35,286 nt of DNA from a virus (taxonomy: Duplodnaviria > Caudoviricetes). Both the position numbers and the translations under genes were made by a program. Positions 33,560-35,286 of this stretch are shown here, piece after piece. The DNA lies in IMG/VR virus record IMGVR_UViG_3300048579_000441, positions 1 to 35,286 of that record, one strand, 5' to 3'. How positions within the stretch are numbered: the first letter of the stretch is position 1; each line of letters starts with the position of its first letter. The notes below the pieces were generated by a model. The model was not told the origin of the DNA. It saw only the letters and a list, made by a program, of their open reading frames with translations, and made no database searches.

Positions 33560-33997
33560 CTACGTTGATTGTCGTACATATCGATTCAACGGACGCGACA
33601 TGCCGTTGTCGCCGCCAAGCTCGGCGTCGAAGATTGCGCGGGCTTCTTCCTGCAAGGCGACTTCCGCTTCGTTCGATGCCGGAGAAAAGAAAATATCCTC
33701 GGCAGCGCCGCGTGCCCGCAAGCGCGTTCGCGCGCTCGCCTTGATCTCGGGAGCGTTGAAGAACGTTGTGACCGGATTGCCGGACTTTCGCATTTCCGCG
33801 CCGATACGTGCGCGCGCGGCTACCTTCGCGTTTCTGGCTGCGCGAAACGCTTCAAGCGCCTCGTACATGAGCGCTCTTTTTGCCGCAAACTCCGGTCCTA
33901 TCGTGGGCGCTGAGACAGCCATTCCGGGAGCAAGGGCTGCGGCTGTGACGGCAAGCGCGCCAGCCATGAGGTCACGCCGGTTAAAATTGTCTGGCAT
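33560..33997 (-). CDS. Twin-arginine (Tat) signal-bearing hypothetical protein
   Basis: FNRRDLM followed by a hydrophobic stretch and AVSA. Confidence 0.7.
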   Translation of the reverse strand: MPDNFNRRDLMAGALAVTAAALAPGMAVSAPTIGPEFAAKRALMYEALEAFRAARNAKVAARARIGAEMRKSGNPVTTFFNAPEIKASARTRLRARGAAEDIFFSPASNEAEVALQEEARAIFDAELGGDNGMSRPLNRYVRQST

Positions 33998-34015
33998 CGT
34001 AAGGACTCCTGATTT

Positions 34016-34825
34016 TCAGATGTCGAAATGCTCCCGAACCGAGAATACGTCCGCCGAGCGGTCTTTCCCGTCGAAACCCCGGCAGTTCGTGCGTATGACC
34101 GTATCGCCGACGCGGTAGGTCCGCTTGATATGCGTATGACCGTGTATCCAGATCGGTACGCTGTCGAACGACGCAATCAGGCTGTCGAGATCGGACGCAT
34201 ACGCGCCGTCCAGACCGTTGCCCATGTGGAACGGATTGAGTCCTTTCCGGCTGGGCGCGTGATGGGAAATGACAATGGTTTTTGCGCCGCTAATTGCGGC
34301 AAGGTGCTGCTTCAGCGCTTCAAGCGAACGCCTGTGGGCGCACAGCGCATCGGCAGGCCGGAATTTCACTAGCGCGCCGCCGTTGTCCGCCACGCGCGTC
34401 TTGACGAAAAAGAACTCGCCAGCGCCCTTGCGGCATTTCGTCATCGCGTCCTCGTTGCCGTCCTCGAAGTCCGACCACAGGGTGGAACCGAAGAAATGGA
34501 CGCCGCCGATCTGAACGGCTTGGTCGTCGAGCACGGTAAAGCCGGGCAGATGTGTACGCAGGGTGGCGATGGTTTCTTCGAACACGCCATCGTAATGATC
34601 GTGGTTGCCTGCAATCAGCAGCACATGGGCGAAACTCGCGCGCGCGCGTTCGGCGAAGCGCTGAACGCGGTCACGCTGCTTGACGGCGTAGGGATCGTCA
34701 CGTTCCGGGTTCAGACACGCGGCATGACATAAATCCCCGGCGACAATGAGTACGTCACCCTTGGGCAGCGCCAGTCGGAAATCCTGACTCTCCAGATGCA
34801 GGTCGCTCATATAGTGACAACGCAT
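34016..34825 (-). CDS. Calcineurin-like metallophosphoesterase (start moved to MRCHYMSDLH)
   Basis: DLH, GD, GNHD, HH and HGHTH motifs. Confidence 0.92.
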   Translation of the reverse strand: MRCHYMSDLHLESQDFRLALPKGDVLIVAGDLCHAACLNPERDDPYAVKQRDRVQRFAERARASFAHVLLIAGNHDHYDGVFEETIATLRTHLPGFTVLDDQAVQIGGVHFFGSTLWSDFEDGNEDAMTKCRKGAGEFFFVKTRVADNGGALVKFRPADALCAHRRSLEALKQHLAAISGAKTIVISHHAPSRKGLNPFHMGNGLDGAYASDLDSLIASFDSVPIWIHGHTHIKRTYRVGDTVIRTNCRGFDGKDRSADVFSVREHFDI

Positions 34826-34983
34826 GTGCGGAATCCATCTGCGACCGGCGGGCGCTCGCCGGTTTGCATGCACCAAGTCTTCGAAAGGGGTGGCGGCTTT
34901 GATTGAAAGGTTTTTCGCCGTGCCGCCAAGGCAGCGGCACGATAGATCGGTCGCGCGGCTGGATCAATATCGAATTCGGGCGA

Positions 34984-35286
34984 TCAGCGTCTTGGCTTAT
35001 CGACGTTTTCGATCCAAGTCCTGCCCCATGTCATGATCGCAAGGCGCAGCAGGTCGTCGAATTCTTCCTCGAAATCGGCTTCGGGGTCGGCGTTCAGTTC
35101 CTCGACGATATCGTTGATGAGGTCGCTTAAGGGCGTATAGCCGTGTTCGGTCATGAACGAGACGATGTACCAGTGCAGCATCGTCATTTCGATGACGCGT
35201 TGCGTGCCATCCGGCATGTTGATGTAGTCGGCAACCTTCTTGTCGTAATCGACGGTGTCCCAGTTGACGTTGAGAATGGTGCTCAT
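34984..35286 (-). CDS. Acidic hypothetical protein (may extend beyond the window)
   Basis: 100-aa ORF with GC3-rich codons at the window edge. Confidence 0.6.
   Translation of the reverse strand: MSTILNVNWDTVDYDKKVADYINMPDGTQRVIEMTMLHWYIVSFMTEHGYTPLSDLINDIVEELNADPEADFEEEFDDLLRLAIMTWGRTWIENVDKPRR

Noticed and set aside
1-35286. CRISPR array, IS element, retron/RT or relaxase
   Set aside because: No regularly spaced repeats and no transposase, RT or HUH relaxase motifs recognised; the many antisense ORFs over long genes are GC-bias artefacts

Overview
GC-rich, alphaproteobacterial-looking (probably Hyphomicrobiales/Rhizobiales) DNA that is almost entirely mobile elements stacked at a tRNA-Ser integration hotspot. 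The only tRNA trace is a 19-bp 3'-end fragment at 17125-17143; the intact tRNA is predicted left of the window. (1) 1-17143, all on the minus strand, is a capsid-forming phage-satellite-like (cf-PICI-like) element. It encodes a P4-type integrase, AlpA, DUF6074, an HTH Rep and a Spo11/TopoVI-A-like protein. The structural module is HK97-type: portal, prohead protease, capsid, HNH, candidate cos, head-tail connector, gp10, TerS and TerL. Unusually, it continues with a tape-measure protein coupled to an Ntn-hydrolase-like gene, a Zn-ribbon repeat protein and two stand-alone FtsH-type (M41) peptidase domains. No tail tube, tail tip or lysis genes are visible. (2) From 17125 rightwards is an island with a large serine recombinase reading into the tRNA fragment and a candidate orphan oriT. 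It carries a Vsr/GIY-YIG/REase-like/C5-MTase/RHH operon divergent from an HTH-Z1 SF2 helicase (with an alphaproteobacterial LexA box between them), a CoiA-like nuclease and an Frpo-like ssDNA-promoter hairpin. (3) About 29-33.4 kb holds a FimB-like tyrosine recombinase preceded by a promoter flanked by perfect 13-bp inverted repeats (candidate invertible switch), convergent on a signal-peptide-bearing mosaic C1q/collar/S74 fibre protein. The window ends with a Tat-exported protein, a metallophosphoesterase and an acidic hypothetical. All calls come from motif recognition by eye; no searches were run.
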